Below, piece after piece: positions 1 through 10,615 of a stretch of DNA of 64,000 nt (positions are counted from its first letter, which is position 1; every line of letters begins with the position of its first letter). The position numbers were made by a program, and so were the translations under genes. The notes under the pieces are model-generated. The model was given only the letters and a program-made list of their open reading frames with translations, did no database searches and was not told the DNA's origin. Source of the stretch: Planctomycetota bacterium (lineage in GTDB: Bacteria > Planctomycetota > UBA8108 > SXIK01); assembly GCA_965223845.1 (NCBI GenBank), contig CBDCXR010000004.1:224001-288000 (forward strand). Direction: 5' to 3'.

Positions 1-3000
1 CGTCTCCCTGGCGGGCGCTTCACATCGAAGACGCAGCTGAAGCAGCTCATCGGGCCAGAGAACTATCGGCTGATCCGCGACTTCGTGACCTGCTTCGGGT
101 GGGAGGATCCCTACACCCAGCGTCCCGATGACGGCAACTTCGAAGTGCCGGAGCTCGTCGGAGGGGGCGGCGCTCTCGGGGGAGCGGGAACCGCAGGGCA
201 GCGGCAGCCCGCGGCGTCGGACAAGCCGCGGGTCTCGACCGAGCCGCGGTATCCGATCAACGTCAACACGGCGCCGCGAGAAGTTCTCATCGCGACGATC
301 TGGGGACTCGCGGGGCGACGGGTCTTTCCGTTCTCGTTCATCGGCGGATCCGCGGGTGGTGCCGCGGCGACGATGTCGTCGATCGATGCAAACGCGACGA
401 TCCTCGGCCAACGACACGCGCTCGGCGAGGAGGAGGTGGGAAGCGTTCTCCCGCGGGCGATTTTCGTCTATTCGCCGCGGTTCGAGTACGCGACCGCGGA
501 GAAGCTCGCCGACCGCATCATCAGCGAGCGCAAGATCCGTCCGTTCATCGCCTGGCGGACGAACGATGCGGGGAAGCCGGGATTCGAGGACTTCATCGAC
601 GGTCTCGAACAGAGTTTCTTCCCGCCGTGGCAGAACGCGCTCGTCATCGATCCGGATCAACCGGCCAACCGTCAGATCCGCCGACTCGTCATGTTCGGCT
701 CGCAGACGAGCCCGGTGACGCGGCGCTGGGTGCGCGGAACGGCGATCGGTTCGGTGCGAAGCATCTACCGCTCGCTCGGTCGCGCGTTCCACGACAGCTA
801 CGCGTGGTATTACGAGATGATCAAGGCCGTCGTGAAGGCGAACTTCAATCCGAATACCCGCATCAATCGCTACAATCCCAACCAGCCGGCGTTCATCGAG
901 TCCGACAAGTCCGATCTCGTCTGGGCCCAGGATCAGTTCAACCTCCTTAAGGGTTACACGACCGAGTATTGCTTCGACACGAACGGGTACTACGAGATCT
1001 CGACCGTGGGGCAGATCGGACCGATCGAGGAACGCGTGGGCGGAGGCGGGACGACGGTCGTCTCGGGATCCTCTCGCGCGCGGCGCGGACGGACGGGACT
1101 CGATATGTTGCCGCCGTTCGAACGTCCGTTCGAGCGACAACTGCGCACGGTCGTCCAGGTGTTCAACGTCCTCCGGCACACGAACCAGTTCCATTTCGAG
1201 AAGACGTTTCAGAGCGCCCCGGGCTCGAAGAGCAGCGAGAACAACCGGAACTACGTCGTCACGTGGCCCGATCCGATGGAGGCCCTCACGGAGCTCGTCT
1301 CCGGCGGAAGCGTTCGCGACGGTCGCGTCGAGCTCGCGGGACTTCTCGACGGCCGGCGCCTCGATGGTCAGTACCAGCAGCGACAGCAGCTCTACAACAA
1401 TCCCGTGCTCACGTTCGCCCAGGGCTTCGACGCGCGGAGCGCCCAGTCGCTGTCGCGGATTCGCCGGATCCGGCAGGGGAGAGGAAACGCGCTCGGCGAC
1501 GAGTTCAGCGACGCGGTGAAAGATGCGCTCGACGCTCCGTACAGCCGGCTCGGTCGGACGAAGTTCTACCGGCGCAAGCAGCTCGTCGAGATGTCGGTCT
1601 TCACGAATCCGTCGGCGTCCTACCTCGATCCGTTCGTCAATCGCGAGCAGATCGGGACGGATATTTTCCCCGACGGCTTTCACTCGTCGATCCTGCGATC
1701 GACGCACATCGGTTCTCGCGTGCTCGCGTACCCCGCGCGCCAGCGTCTCGATCAGGGGCGCGAAGAGTCCGCGGCGGTCCGGGTCGGCGCGTCGGGTCTC
1801 GGCTCGCGCGGCCAGAATCTCCTCGGAAACGTTCCCTATTACCGCGGTGGCATCGGCTTCTGGGTGAAGTTCGACTTCGACGGCGACGACCCGGTCTTCT
1901 CGGGACTCGTCGGGTGCACGCAGGTCATCAAGGAAGTGTCACCGAACGCGAGTGATTACACCGGCTCGGAGGGCTCGCAGTTCTTCGTGTTCAAGAACTC
2001 GCGCGGCGAGCTTCGAATCGTGCGGATGTACTACCACCAGGCCTACATCCACTCGACTGGCGGAGGTGGGGGTGGCGGAGAGTCGGGCGAGCCGCTGTAC
2101 CCGGTGGTCGAGGCCAGCGCCGGAGGCACGGCGGACGATCGCAACCCGATCCTCGATTACCTCGATCCCGAGAAGCTGGTCTCGCGGACGGACTTGCTCG
2201 TCAACATCAGCCACTTCCGCGCGCATGAGTGGCACCACATCGGCATCGACTGGGACGATCGGAACCCGCGTCAGGGCCTTCGTCTCTTCCTCGACTTCAC
2301 CGAGATCAAGCAGGGCGGAGGACCGATCTTCCCGCAGGCGCCGTCGCTCGTGGGATCGGCTTCGACTTGGGTTCGGCTCAATGAGCGGCAGCCGAAGGAC
2401 AGCCTGACGATCGGCGGCATCATCCGCGAGCAGGGCGAGTCGAACTTCGGGATCTTCAAGTGGTTCACGAACACGACGAGCGCCGGCGGAGGCACGGGCG
2501 GCATCACCGCAGTCGCGCGTGAGGTGAAGCGTCTCATGGCGAACGCGACGATCGACGAGTTCGTCGCGTTCGACGGCAAGTTTCCCTCCGTACGGACGTA
2601 CTACGGAAACACGGCGCCGGGGTACTTCACGAACCAGCAGGGAGAGTACGCGAATCTCTTCGAGATCCCGCTCCCGCCGCACGTCGACTCGGTCGTGCTG
2701 CGCTCGCTCGATTGGACCTCGTATTATCCGACGACGTACACGGATTCGACGCCGAACTCGATCCCGGCCCGGGTTCGCCAAACCGACCCGATCCAGTGCG
2801 AGGCGCACTTCATCGCGCCGGGGCGTGGCACCTTGCCCGGGGCGTTCTCCGAGCCGTGGCGGGTGCAGGAGCCCGTCAATCGCATCGCGGGCCGAAAGGC
2901 CGGTCGCCGGCAGTCCGGACTCAAAGGGAACAACGCGCAGCTCGCGTACGTGTTCCGCATGCGAGCCGGTCAGGGATCCACGGGGAACACGTCGGGTGGA

Positions 3001-3087
3001 AACGTCGCGACGCCTGTGATCGACGACGTGACCTTGACTTACTTTTTGCCGAATCCGAGAATCCTCCTCCAAGAGGAGATCGAGTAA
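1..3087 (+). CDS. Large GspK/PilX-like (type II secretion/type IV pilus minor component) protein with C-terminal LamG-like domain; 5'-truncated by window edge
   Basis: Frame is open from base 1 (RLPGGRFTSKTQLKQLIGPENYRLIRDFVT, resembling the GspK helical repeat), then PINVNTAPREVL (GspK-type INxNTA). C-terminal GIGFWVK..HEWHHIGIDWD..ANATIDEF resembles LamG/ConA jellyroll motifs. Confidence 0.55.
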   Translation, partial: RLPGGRFTSKTQLKQLIGPENYRLIRDFVTCFGWEDPYTQRPDDGNFEVPELVGGGGALGGAGTAGQRQPAASDKPRVSTEPRYPINVNTAPREVLIATIWGLAGRRVFPFSFIGGSAGGAAATMSSIDANATILGQRHALGEEEVGSVLPRAIFVYSPRFEYATAEKLADRIISERKIRPFIAWRTNDAGKPGFEDFIDGLEQSFFPPWQNALVIDPDQPANRQIRRLVMFGSQTSPVTRRWVRGTAIGSVRSIYRSLGRAFHDSYAWYYEMIKAVVKANFNPNTRINRYNPNQPAFIESDKSDLVWAQDQFNLLKGYTTEYCFDTNGYYEISTVGQIGPIEERVGGGGTTVVSGSSRARRGRTGLDMLPPFERPFERQLRTVVQVFNVLRHTNQFHFEKTFQSAPGSKSSENNRNYVVTWPDPMEALTELVSGGSVRDGRVELAGLLDGRRLDGQYQQRQQLYNNPVLTFAQGFDARSAQSLSRIRRIRQGRGNALGDEFSDAVKDALDAPYSRLGRTKFYRRKQLVEMSVFTNPSASYLDPFVNREQIGTDIFPDGFHSSILRSTHIGSRVLAYPARQRLDQGREESAAVRVGASGLGSRGQNLLGNVPYYRGGIGFWVKFDFDGDDPVFSGLVGCTQVIKEVSPNASDYTGSEGSQFFVFKNSRGELRIVRMYYHQAYIHSTGGGGGGGESGEPLYPVVEASAGGTADDRNPILDYLDPEKLVSRTDLLVNISHFRAHEWHHIGIDWDDRNPRQGLRLFLDFTEIKQGGGPIFPQAPSLVGSASTWVRLNERQPKDSLTIGGIIREQGESNFGIFKWFTNTTSAGGGTGGITAVAREVKRLMANATIDEFVAFDGKFPSVRTYYGNTAPGYFTNQQGEYANLFEIPLPPHVDSVVLRSLDWTSYYPTTYTDSTPNSIPARVRQTDPIQCEAHFIAPGRGTLPGAFSEPWRVQEPVNRIAGRKAGRRQSGLKGNNAQLAYVFRMRAGQGSTGNTSGGNVATPVIDDVTLTYFLPNPRILLQEEIE

Positions 3088-3325
3088 GCCCGGCGTCGCC
3101 ATCGACGCCGAGCCGAAGCGGCAGGAAGGTGCGCCGCCAGTTGGGTTTCGAGCGGTTTCGTCGTGCGAACCGGAGCAGACCCGAGTGCGTGAGCGCCGGC
3201 GGAACGGTTAGAATCCCACTGATGTCAATTCGCTGACGCGAGCGCGTCTTTTGCCGCCGGACTCCTGCGGCGTTAGGGTAAGAAATCGAAGCGAGAACCG
3301 ATCCCAGTTCCACGGAGTCTCGACT

Positions 3326-4483
3326 ATGGTGACCACCGGTTTTTCCCGATCGATCCGCGGCTTGAGCACGCTCGCCGTCATCCTCGCCTTGGCGGCCGTC
3401 CGGACTTCGACCTCGGCGCAGGACAAGGGGGAAGACTACCCGCAGCACGTCGTCCTCAAGGACGTGAAGAGCTCCGTCGGTGCGCGCGGTAAGTCGAGCA
3501 TCGAGTTCGTCGTCGACCTCCACAAAGACATTCCTAGAGGGACGAACATCGAGTTCGTCGTCCGCTATCTCGGTCTCCCGCACGCGACGCATCTCTACGA
3601 ATTGAAGAGCCCGAACCGAAAGAACGTACGCGTCGCGTTCCAACCGAAAGAGCCGCTCGTCCCGGGGCAGTCGTACGAGCTGCGGGTGAGGTTCCCCCCC
3701 GAGAAGCAGAAGAAAGCCGTGCTCTCGCGCATGCTCGCGAAGCGGAGCGTCTTCCCGAAGGGCGGAGATCCGTGGCCCTGGCTCTACCTCGACCAGGCGT
3801 TCGTCGTCGGGACCCCCGCGCAGATCCGCGCGGAGAAGGAGAAGCTGTGCGGCATCTACGGAAAGTTCATCGACCAGCTCATCGATAGCTACGTCGACAT
3901 CAAGAAGAAGCTCGACAAGATGCGGATGGAAAGCGGAGACGAGCTCAACCGGGCGGAGCTTCTCAAGATCTACGAGGCGTGGCAGAAGAATCAGGGCGGG
4001 ATTCAGCAAAAGATCCACGAGTTCCCGCAGAAGAATCTCGCGCTGATTCAAATGAACCAGCAGGCCTATATCTATCTCTCGGACCTCGGACGGATGGTCT
4101 CGAAGGCGGGCTTCGTTATGAAGCAAGACCTCGAGAAGGCCTTCAGCGCCGAGGAAGTGACCGTCAAGAAGCCGCACAAGTTCTTCAGCAAGGGCTACCG
4201 GCCGAAGGTCAATCAGGCTTCGCTCGACGCCAAGCTGGCGAGCATCGAGGACGCCGTGTGTCCGCAGGAAGAACCCCCGCCGGAGGAAGGCGATCCCAAG
4301 GATCCGAAGAACGCGGGGAAGAAGGACCCCAAGAAGAAAGATCCAGCGGCGAAAGACGCGACGAAGAAAGACAGCAAGCCGAGCTCGCCGAAGAAGGGGA
4401 GCGGCGCCTCGACGAAGAAGGACAGCGGGAAGAAATCGTCGTCCGGGGCGAAGAAGAGCTCGAAGAAGGACAACGAGGCCTGA
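3326..4483 (+). CDS. Exported hypothetical protein with Lys-rich low-complexity C-terminal tail
   Basis: ATG at 3326 preceded by GGAG; signal-peptide-like N-terminus (LSTLAVILALAAVRTSTSA-QD); coding-like codon usage; tail rich in K/D/S. Confidence 0.75.
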   Translation: MVTTGFSRSIRGLSTLAVILALAAVRTSTSAQDKGEDYPQHVVLKDVKSSVGARGKSSIEFVVDLHKDIPRGTNIEFVVRYLGLPHATHLYELKSPNRKNVRVAFQPKEPLVPGQSYELRVRFPPEKQKKAVLSRMLAKRSVFPKGGDPWPWLYLDQAFVVGTPAQIRAEKEKLCGIYGKFIDQLIDSYVDIKKKLDKMRMESGDELNRAELLKIYEAWQKNQGGIQQKIHEFPQKNLALIQMNQQAYIYLSDLGRMVSKAGFVMKQDLEKAFSAEEVTVKKPHKFFSKGYRPKVNQASLDAKLASIEDAVCPQEEPPPEEGDPKDPKNAGKKDPKKKDPAAKDATKKDSKPSSPKKGSGASTKKDSGKKSSSGAKKSSKKDNEA

Positions 4484-4728
4484 GGGGGCTCACCCCGGTC
4501 CCTTCCCTCCCGAATCTTTCGCGGTGCATCACTACTTCTCTCGAGCGCCGCGGGGGATTCCGCCGCCGCTGCGCCCGCGGGAGTCACTTGCGCCCGCGCG
4601 CCGCCATCGGTCAGATGGCCGCTCGCTCCTCCGCGGTCGCGGAGGGCGAGTTCGTTCGTGGCGTCGACGGCCGAGGCGAGTCTCGGTGATGGTCCGCGCC
4701 GCCTTCACCAGTGTTCGAGGCAGCCCCA

Positions 4729-6003
4729 ATGAGAGTCCTCGTCGTCGGATCGGGCGGACGCGAGCATGCCCTCGTTTCCGCGCTCCGTCGCTCGCCGGAG
4801 CGACCCGAAGTTGTTTGCGCGCCCGGAAACGGCGGGATCGCCGCCGAGGCGGAGCTCGCTCCGTTCAGCGATCTGACGTCGGAGAGTGGGATCGCCAACC
4901 TGGCGGATTTCGCTGCCACCCGAGAGATCGACCTCACCGTGGTCGGCCCGGAGGCACCGCTCGTCGCCGGCCTCGTGGACACGTTCGAGGCGCGGGGACT
5001 TCGGGTATTCGGGCCGTCGGCCGCGGCGGCCCGTCTCGAGGGAAGCAAGTGCTTCGCGAAGGAGTTCCTCGCGCGGCACGCCGTTCCGACGGCGCCCTTT
5101 GAAATCTTCTCCGATGTCGAGACCGCGCTCGCGCACCTCGAATCGCGCGCGGTTCCGGTGGTGGTGAAGGCGGACGGCCTTGCGGCGGGAAAGGGCGTCG
5201 TGGTCGCCCGGACGCGCGAGGAGGCGAAGGAGGCGGCGCGCGCGATGCTCGTCGAAGGCGTGTTCGGGGACGCTGGACGACGGGTCGTGATCGAGGATTG
5301 CCTCGAGGGCTCCGAAATCTCGCTCTTCGCCGTCTGCGACGGGGAGGAGTACGTCCTTCTCGAAACGGCGCAGGACTACAAGCCGATCTTCGACGGCGAT
5401 CGCGGTCCCAACACCGGAGGTATGGGGACGTACTCTCCCTACTACGCCACCGAGCACCCACTCGTTGTCGAAGCGTGCCGGCGCATCATCGAGCCGACGC
5501 TTCGCGGAATGCGAGCGGAGGGGACTCCCTACCGAGGGTTTCTCTACGCGGGGTTGATGCTGACCGACGCGGGGCCCCAGGTGATCGAGTTCAACGTGCG
5601 CTTCGGCGATCCCGAGGCACAGTCGATCTTCCCGCGACTTCGGAGCAGCTTCGTCGAGTTGATCGAGCGCGCGATCGAGGGACGCATCGGCGGTTACCGG
5701 GCCGAGTGGGATCCGTATCACGCGGTCTGCGTGGTGGCGGCATCCGCCGGCTATCCCGGTTCGTACGAGAAGGGCTGCGTGATCGAGGGACTCGAAAACC
5801 CGGGCGACGAAATCGAAATCTATCATGCCGGCACGACGCGGCGTGACGATGGCGCCCTCGTCACGAGCGGCGGAAGAGTGCTCGGTGTGACTGCGCTCGG
5901 CGAATCTCGAGCGCTCGCCCGAGCGTCGGCGTACGCCGCGCTCGAGCGCATTCGCTTCGACGGAATCCAGTTCCGTCGCGACATCGCGGAAGGCGCGCGC
6001 TGA
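4729..6003 (+). CDS. purD: Phosphoribosylamine--glycine ligase
   Basis: [65 protein letters not shown] motifs. Confidence 0.98.
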   Translation: MRVLVVGSGGREHALVSALRRSPERPEVVCAPGNGGIAAEAELAPFSDLTSESGIANLADFAATREIDLTVVGPEAPLVAGLVDTFEARGLRVFGPSAAAARLEGSKCFAKEFLARHAVPTAPFEIFSDVETALAHLESRAVPVVVKADGLAAGKGVVVARTREEAKEAARAMLVEGVFGDAGRRVVIEDCLEGSEISLFAVCDGEEYVLLETAQDYKPIFDGDRGPNTGGMGTYSPYYATEHPLVVEACRRIIEPTLRGMRAEGTPYRGFLYAGLMLTDAGPQVIEFNVRFGDPEAQSIFPRLRSSFVELIERAIEGRIGGYRAEWDPYHAVCVVAASAGYPGSYEKGCVIEGLENPGDEIEIYHAGTTRRDDGALVTSGGRVLGVTALGESRALARASAYAALERIRFDGIQFRRDIAEGAR

Positions 6004-6011
6004 GTCGGACG

Positions 6012-6953
6012 ATGGATCGCTCCGTGCGCGCCTACGCTGCGCTGTTTCGCGTCTTCCTCGCGCCGACGGCGGTCGCCGACAGTCTCGCCGGCTTCGTGCT
6101 CGCTTGGGGAGTCGCGGCGGAGAGCGGCGGCGATGCCGGCGACGTGGCGACGATCGCGCGAGCGGTCGGAGTCGCGGTATGCAGCGTGCTCAGCTATTCG
6201 CTCGGAATGGCTCTCAACGATGTTTTCGACGTGCGAAAGGATCGCGAGCGGAACGTAGAGAAGCCGATCGTGAGCGGCGCACTTTCGCTCCGCGCGGCGA
6301 TCGCAGTCTCCGTCGCGCTCGCGGTCGTCGCCGGCGGAGTCGCCGCAGCTCTCGGCGTGTTGCCACTCTGGTTTGGCCTCGTCGCCGCCATCCTTGCGTA
6401 CAACGGGGGAGGGAAGCGCTTACCGCTGATCGGAAACGCGCTGATGGGCGGCTGCCGCGGCCTCAATTTTCTTCTCGGCGCGGCGACGTTCGCCGGAGTC
6501 GCTAGCGTCGTCGCGCCCAGCGCATTCCTCGGCGGTGCCGGAATCCTCGCCGCCTACGTCACGCTCGTCACGGCGGTGAGCTTGCTCGAGGATCGTCCGT
6601 ACCGACCGCGAGGCTTCGCCCTCACGGTGCTCCCGTTCGCGCTCGTTCCCGTTCTCCTCATCGTGCTGCAACCGGCGAGCGTCGCGAACGTCGCGAACGC
6701 CGCGATCCTCGGTTTCCTACTCTTCGAGGCGTTTGCGGGAGCGCGCCGGCGGGATCGCAGTCCCGTCCATCCGGCGGCGGTCTTCGTTCGAAAATCGCTC
6801 GCCGGCATTTTCTTCGTCGACGCCGGCGCATTGCTCGCGCTCTCTCCGCACCGTACGTCGAACCTAACGGGAGCGAGTTTGATCTACGTTCTCTTCGTGA
6901 TCCACTGGATCTGGAAGCGACGCTGGCTGCGAGCGGGACGCGAAGGGAGTTGA
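6012..6953 (+). CDS. UbiA-family prenyltransferase (EboC-like)
   Basis: Multi-TM protein with GMALNDVFD..D aspartate-rich motif and MGGCRGLNFLLG, typical of EboC-like UbiA proteins; 8 nt after the purD stop. Confidence 0.85.
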   Translation: MDRSVRAYAALFRVFLAPTAVADSLAGFVLAWGVAAESGGDAGDVATIARAVGVAVCSVLSYSLGMALNDVFDVRKDRERNVEKPIVSGALSLRAAIAVSVALAVVAGGVAAALGVLPLWFGLVAAILAYNGGGKRLPLIGNALMGGCRGLNFLLGAATFAGVASVVAPSAFLGGAGILAAYVTLVTAVSLLEDRPYRPRGFALTVLPFALVPVLLIVLQPASVANVANAAILGFLLFEAFAGARRRDRSPVHPAAVFVRKSLAGIFFVDAGALLALSPHRTSNLTGASLIYVLFVIHWIWKRRWLRAGREGS

Positions 6954-6973
6954 TCTCGCTCCGTGTCCCGTGC

Positions 6974-7333
6974 CTACTCCGGTGACGACGCTGCCGGCGG
7001 GCCGAGCAGCGCGAGCAGGTCGTCCCGTTTCACCGGTTTCGCAAGAAAGAGCCAGCGTTCGATCGCGCGTCGTTCGGCTTCGCTCGGAGCGACGGACGAC
7101 ATGATCACCGGACGGATCGTGGGGTAGTGAGTGGCGAGCTCGAGTGCGACTTCGGGTCCCGCGAGTCGCGGCATGTTCCAATCGACGAGCGCGACCTGGA
7201 ACTCGATCGACGCGAGGTACTCTGTCGCGGCGGAGTAGTCGGGGACGTAGAGAGCGCGGTGGCCGAGGACCTCGACCATCTCGGCGAGGCTTTCGCCGTA
7301 GCTCGGATAGTCGTCGATGATGAGGACGTGCAT
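6974..7333 (-). CDS. Single-domain response regulator (CheY-like receiver)
   Basis: MHVLIIDD...VALVDWNMP (phosphoacceptor D)...VIMSS...FLAKP; start placed at ATG 7333. Confidence 0.88.
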   Translation of the reverse strand: MHVLIIDDYPSYGESLAEMVEVLGHRALYVPDYSAATEYLASIEFQVALVDWNMPRLAGPEVALELATHYPTIRPVIMSSVAPSEAERRAIERWLFLAKPVKRDDLLALLGPPAASSPE

Positions 7334-7901
7334 CGGGAAACGGGGGGTGGGGGCGAAGCGGGGGGCGGGAGCGAGGCTCGCTCGACTCATCGGCCTCGGT
7401 GGAGGCCGGAGGTGAATGGCGAACTCACGGCGGGTGCCTCGGTGATATACTGTCGGCTCACCCGCCGGACTTGTTCTCTGCTTCCCGCTTCGTATGCACG
7501 GTGTGCCGCGTGCGCGGTTTTGCCGCTCGCGGATTGTCGCCCTCGTCGAGGATTCGCTGAGCGATGGGTCCACCGGGTTACCGGAACGGAGGCAGGGGCC
7601 GTCGTCGCTCGCTGATCCCCCGGGCCGTGCGGTCCGCGGGAACGATTCGCGCGGCCGAGCGCCGGGGCGTGAAGCCCGGCCGACGCAAAAGGTTCCGCCG
7701 CTCGGAATCCGATAAGAGTCTGTCGAGTCGTGGCGTGCCTCCGGCGCGCCTGGCGCGACGTAAGCCCGGCCGAGCGTGATCTCGGTCTCGTCCGCAGGAG
7801 CGATCTCCGCTTCCTTCTCGGGCGAAGAGACCTACTGAACAGCCCATTCTCGCCGCGCCCAGCGCCGCTCGGAATTCGACGAGCAGGGAGCAACCGAAAA
7901 C

Positions 7902-10511
7902 GTGATCCACAAGTACACCGTCGTCCCCAAGGTCCCGGAGCGCCTGAAGCCGCTTCTCGCCATCGCGCGCAATCTCTGGTGGGTTTGGCACCGAAACGCC
8001 GTCGCGCTCTTCCGCCGCGTCGATCTCGATCTGTGGGAAGAATCGCACCACAATCCGATCGCGCTCCTCGGCTCGCTCCGGCGCGATCGACTCGCCGCGC
8101 TGAGCGAGGAAGAGGCATTCCTCGCGCACATGGATGCGGTGTACGCCGACCTCCAGCGACATCTCGACGCGCCGACGTGGTTCCAAAAAACCTACGGCGG
8201 TGGGGGCGGTAGCGAGACTCGGATCGCGTACTTCTCCGCGGAGTTCGGGCTTCACGAGAGCCTTCCGCTCTATTCGGGCGGGCTCGGCATCCTCGCGGGC
8301 GACCACATCAAGAGCTGCGAGGAGCTCGGCCTACCTCTGGTCGGTGTGGGGCTGTGCTACAACGAAGGCTACAACCACCAGCATTTGAATTCCGACGGTT
8401 GGCAGCTCGAGCACTATCCGGACAACGATTTCTACAACATGCCGATGACGCTCGTGCGCGACGCGTCGGGAGGCGAGCTCCGGATCGAGGTGAGCATCCA
8501 CGGCCGCCCGGTCGCCGCGCGCGCGTGGAAAGTGCAGGTCGGGCGTGTGCCCGTGTACCTCCTCGACTCCAACCTGAACGTCAACGCGCCGGAAGATCGA
8601 GAGATCACGCGCCGGCTCTACGGCGGTGACCTCGACATGCGCGTTCGCCAGGAAATGCTCCTTGGCATCGGCGGCGTCCGCTTCCTCCGGGCGATCGACT
8701 CGGAGCCGACCGTGTGTCACATGAACGAAGGGCACTCGGCATTCCTCGGGCTCGAGCGCATTCGGCTCCTCATGCTCGAAGCGGGCCTCGGCTTCAACGA
8801 GGCCCGCGAAGCGATGGCGGCGGGAACCGTGTTCACCACGCATACGCCCGTGTCGGCCGGCAACGATCGCTTCCCGCCCGAGCTCGTCTGGACGTACTTC
8901 CGCGATTACGCGCCTCAGCTCGGCTTGTCCCAGGATGAATTCATCGCGCTCGGACGCGAAAACCCGAGCGACATGAGCGAGCACTTCTGCATGACCGTCC
9001 TCGCCCTCCGGCTCGCGTCGAGCGCGAACGGAGTGAGCCGCCTTCACGGGAACGTCTCGCGCCGAATGTGGAAGCGGATGTGGCCCGGGGTCCCGTTCGA
9101 CGAGATTCCGATCGCGCACGTGACGAACGGCGTGCACACGCACTCGTGGCTGTCCGACGAATTCGCTCGGCTCTTCGAGCGTTACTTGGGGCCCCGGTGG
9201 CTCGACGACCCGCTCAATCGACGCGTGTGGCTCCGAGTGACGGACGTTCCGGACAACGAGCTCTGGCGCGCGAAGGAACGACTGCGCGATCGACTCGTGA
9301 GCTTCGTCCGGCAGCGCGCGATCCGTCAACTCAAGCGTCAAGGGGCCGCGCACGCGAAGCTGGCGGCCGCCGAGGAGATCTTCGATCCCGATGCACTGAC
9401 CATCGGCTTTGCACGGCGGTTCGCGACCTACAAGCGCGCGAATCTCATCTTCCGCGATCCCGATCGGCTGAAGTCCGTCCTCCTCGATCGCGAGCGTCCG
9501 GTCCAGATCGTGTTCGCCGGAAAGGCGCACCCTCAGGATCAACCCGGAAAGGAGCTGATCCGGCACATCGTTCAGCTCGCGAAATCGGAGGAGCTCCTCC
9601 ATCGCATCGTTTTCGTCGAGGACTACGACATCGAAGTCGCGCGCTACCTCGTCCAGGGTGTCGACGTGTGGCTGAACACTCCGCGCCGACCGCTCGAAGC
9701 GAGTGGGACGAGCGGAATGAAGGCTGCGATGAACGGCAGTCTCAATCTGAGTATCCTCGACGGTTGGTGGGATGAGGGCTATTCGGGCGACAACGGCTGG
9801 GCGATCGGATCGGGCGAGGTGCTCGCGGATCGCGACTATCAGGACTGGATGGAGTCCGAGATGCTGTACGACATCCTCGAGAAGGAAGTCGTCCCTACGT
9901 TCTACGATCGCGGTCCCGACGACGTCCCTCGCGAGTGGGTCGGTCGCATGAAGGCGTGCATAGAAACCTGTGGCCCCGAGTTCAACACGAATCGGATGGT
10001 CCAGGACTACACCGAGAAGATGTACCTCCCCGCGGCGATCCAGGCTGGCACTCTCGCGCAGGACGAGTACGCGGTGGCCCGGGATATCGCCGCGTGGAAG
10101 AAGCGAGTCGAAAACGCTTGGTCCGAGGTCGCCATCGTCTCGGTGGCCGCCGACACGTCGCGAGAGCTCGAAGTGGGAACTCAGCTCGATCTCCAGGTGC
10201 GCGTGAAGCTGGGCGCGCTCGGCGCCGATGACGTCGTCGTCGAGGCTGTGCACGGGCAGCTCGATTCGCACGAGGAGTTCACGGATCCCGTGGCGATCGC
10301 GCTCACCAGTCAAGAATCCCGCGACGGTGTCACCACGTTCGGGGGACAGCTTCCCTGCGAGCAGGCAGGCCAGCACGGCTTCCGCATCCGCGTCGTCCCG
10401 CACCGTCGCGAGCTCTCGAGCAAGTTCGAGACGGGTCGCATCCTCTGGTGGGACGGTGAGACGGGCGAAATGGTCGTGCCCGCCGAGCCGGAGAACGCCA
10501 CGGCGGGGTAG
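7902..10511 (+). CDS. glgP: Alpha-glucan (glycogen/starch) phosphorylase
   Basis: YFSAEFG, YSGGLGILAGDH, HMNEGH, FARRFATYKR, EASGTSGMK (PLP lysine). Confidence 0.97.
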   Translation: MIHKYTVVPKVPERLKPLLAIARNLWWVWHRNAVALFRRVDLDLWEESHHNPIALLGSLRRDRLAALSEEEAFLAHMDAVYADLQRHLDAPTWFQKTYGGGGGSETRIAYFSAEFGLHESLPLYSGGLGILAGDHIKSCEELGLPLVGVGLCYNEGYNHQHLNSDGWQLEHYPDNDFYNMPMTLVRDASGGELRIEVSIHGRPVAARAWKVQVGRVPVYLLDSNLNVNAPEDREITRRLYGGDLDMRVRQEMLLGIGGVRFLRAIDSEPTVCHMNEGHSAFLGLERIRLLMLEAGLGFNEAREAMAAGTVFTTHTPVSAGNDRFPPELVWTYFRDYAPQLGLSQDEFIALGRENPSDMSEHFCMTVLALRLASSANGVSRLHGNVSRRMWKRMWPGVPFDEIPIAHVTNGVHTHSWLSDEFARLFERYLGPRWLDDPLNRRVWLRVTDVPDNELWRAKERLRDRLVSFVRQRAIRQLKRQGAAHAKLAAAEEIFDPDALTIGFARRFATYKRANLIFRDPDRLKSVLLDRERPVQIVFAGKAHPQDQPGKELIRHIVQLAKSEELLHRIVFVEDYDIEVARYLVQGVDVWLNTPRRPLEASGTSGMKAAMNGSLNLSILDGWWDEGYSGDNGWAIGSGEVLADRDYQDWMESEMLYDILEKEVVPTFYDRGPDDVPREWVGRMKACIETCGPEFNTNRMVQDYTEKMYLPAAIQAGTLAQDEYAVARDIAAWKKRVENAWSEVAIVSVAADTSRELEVGTQLDLQVRVKLGALGADDVVVEAVHGQLDSHEEFTDPVAIALTSQESRDGVTTFGGQLPCEQAGQHGFRIRVVPHRRELSSKFETGRILWWDGETGEMVVPAEPENATAG

Positions 10512-10615
10512 GAGAGCGCGCTCGCCCGTCGCGACCCGACAGCCGACTCGTTCGAGCTCATCGCGATCGGAGGACGGCTCCGCGACGATCGCGCGAGGGC
10601 CTTCCGTCGCACGAG

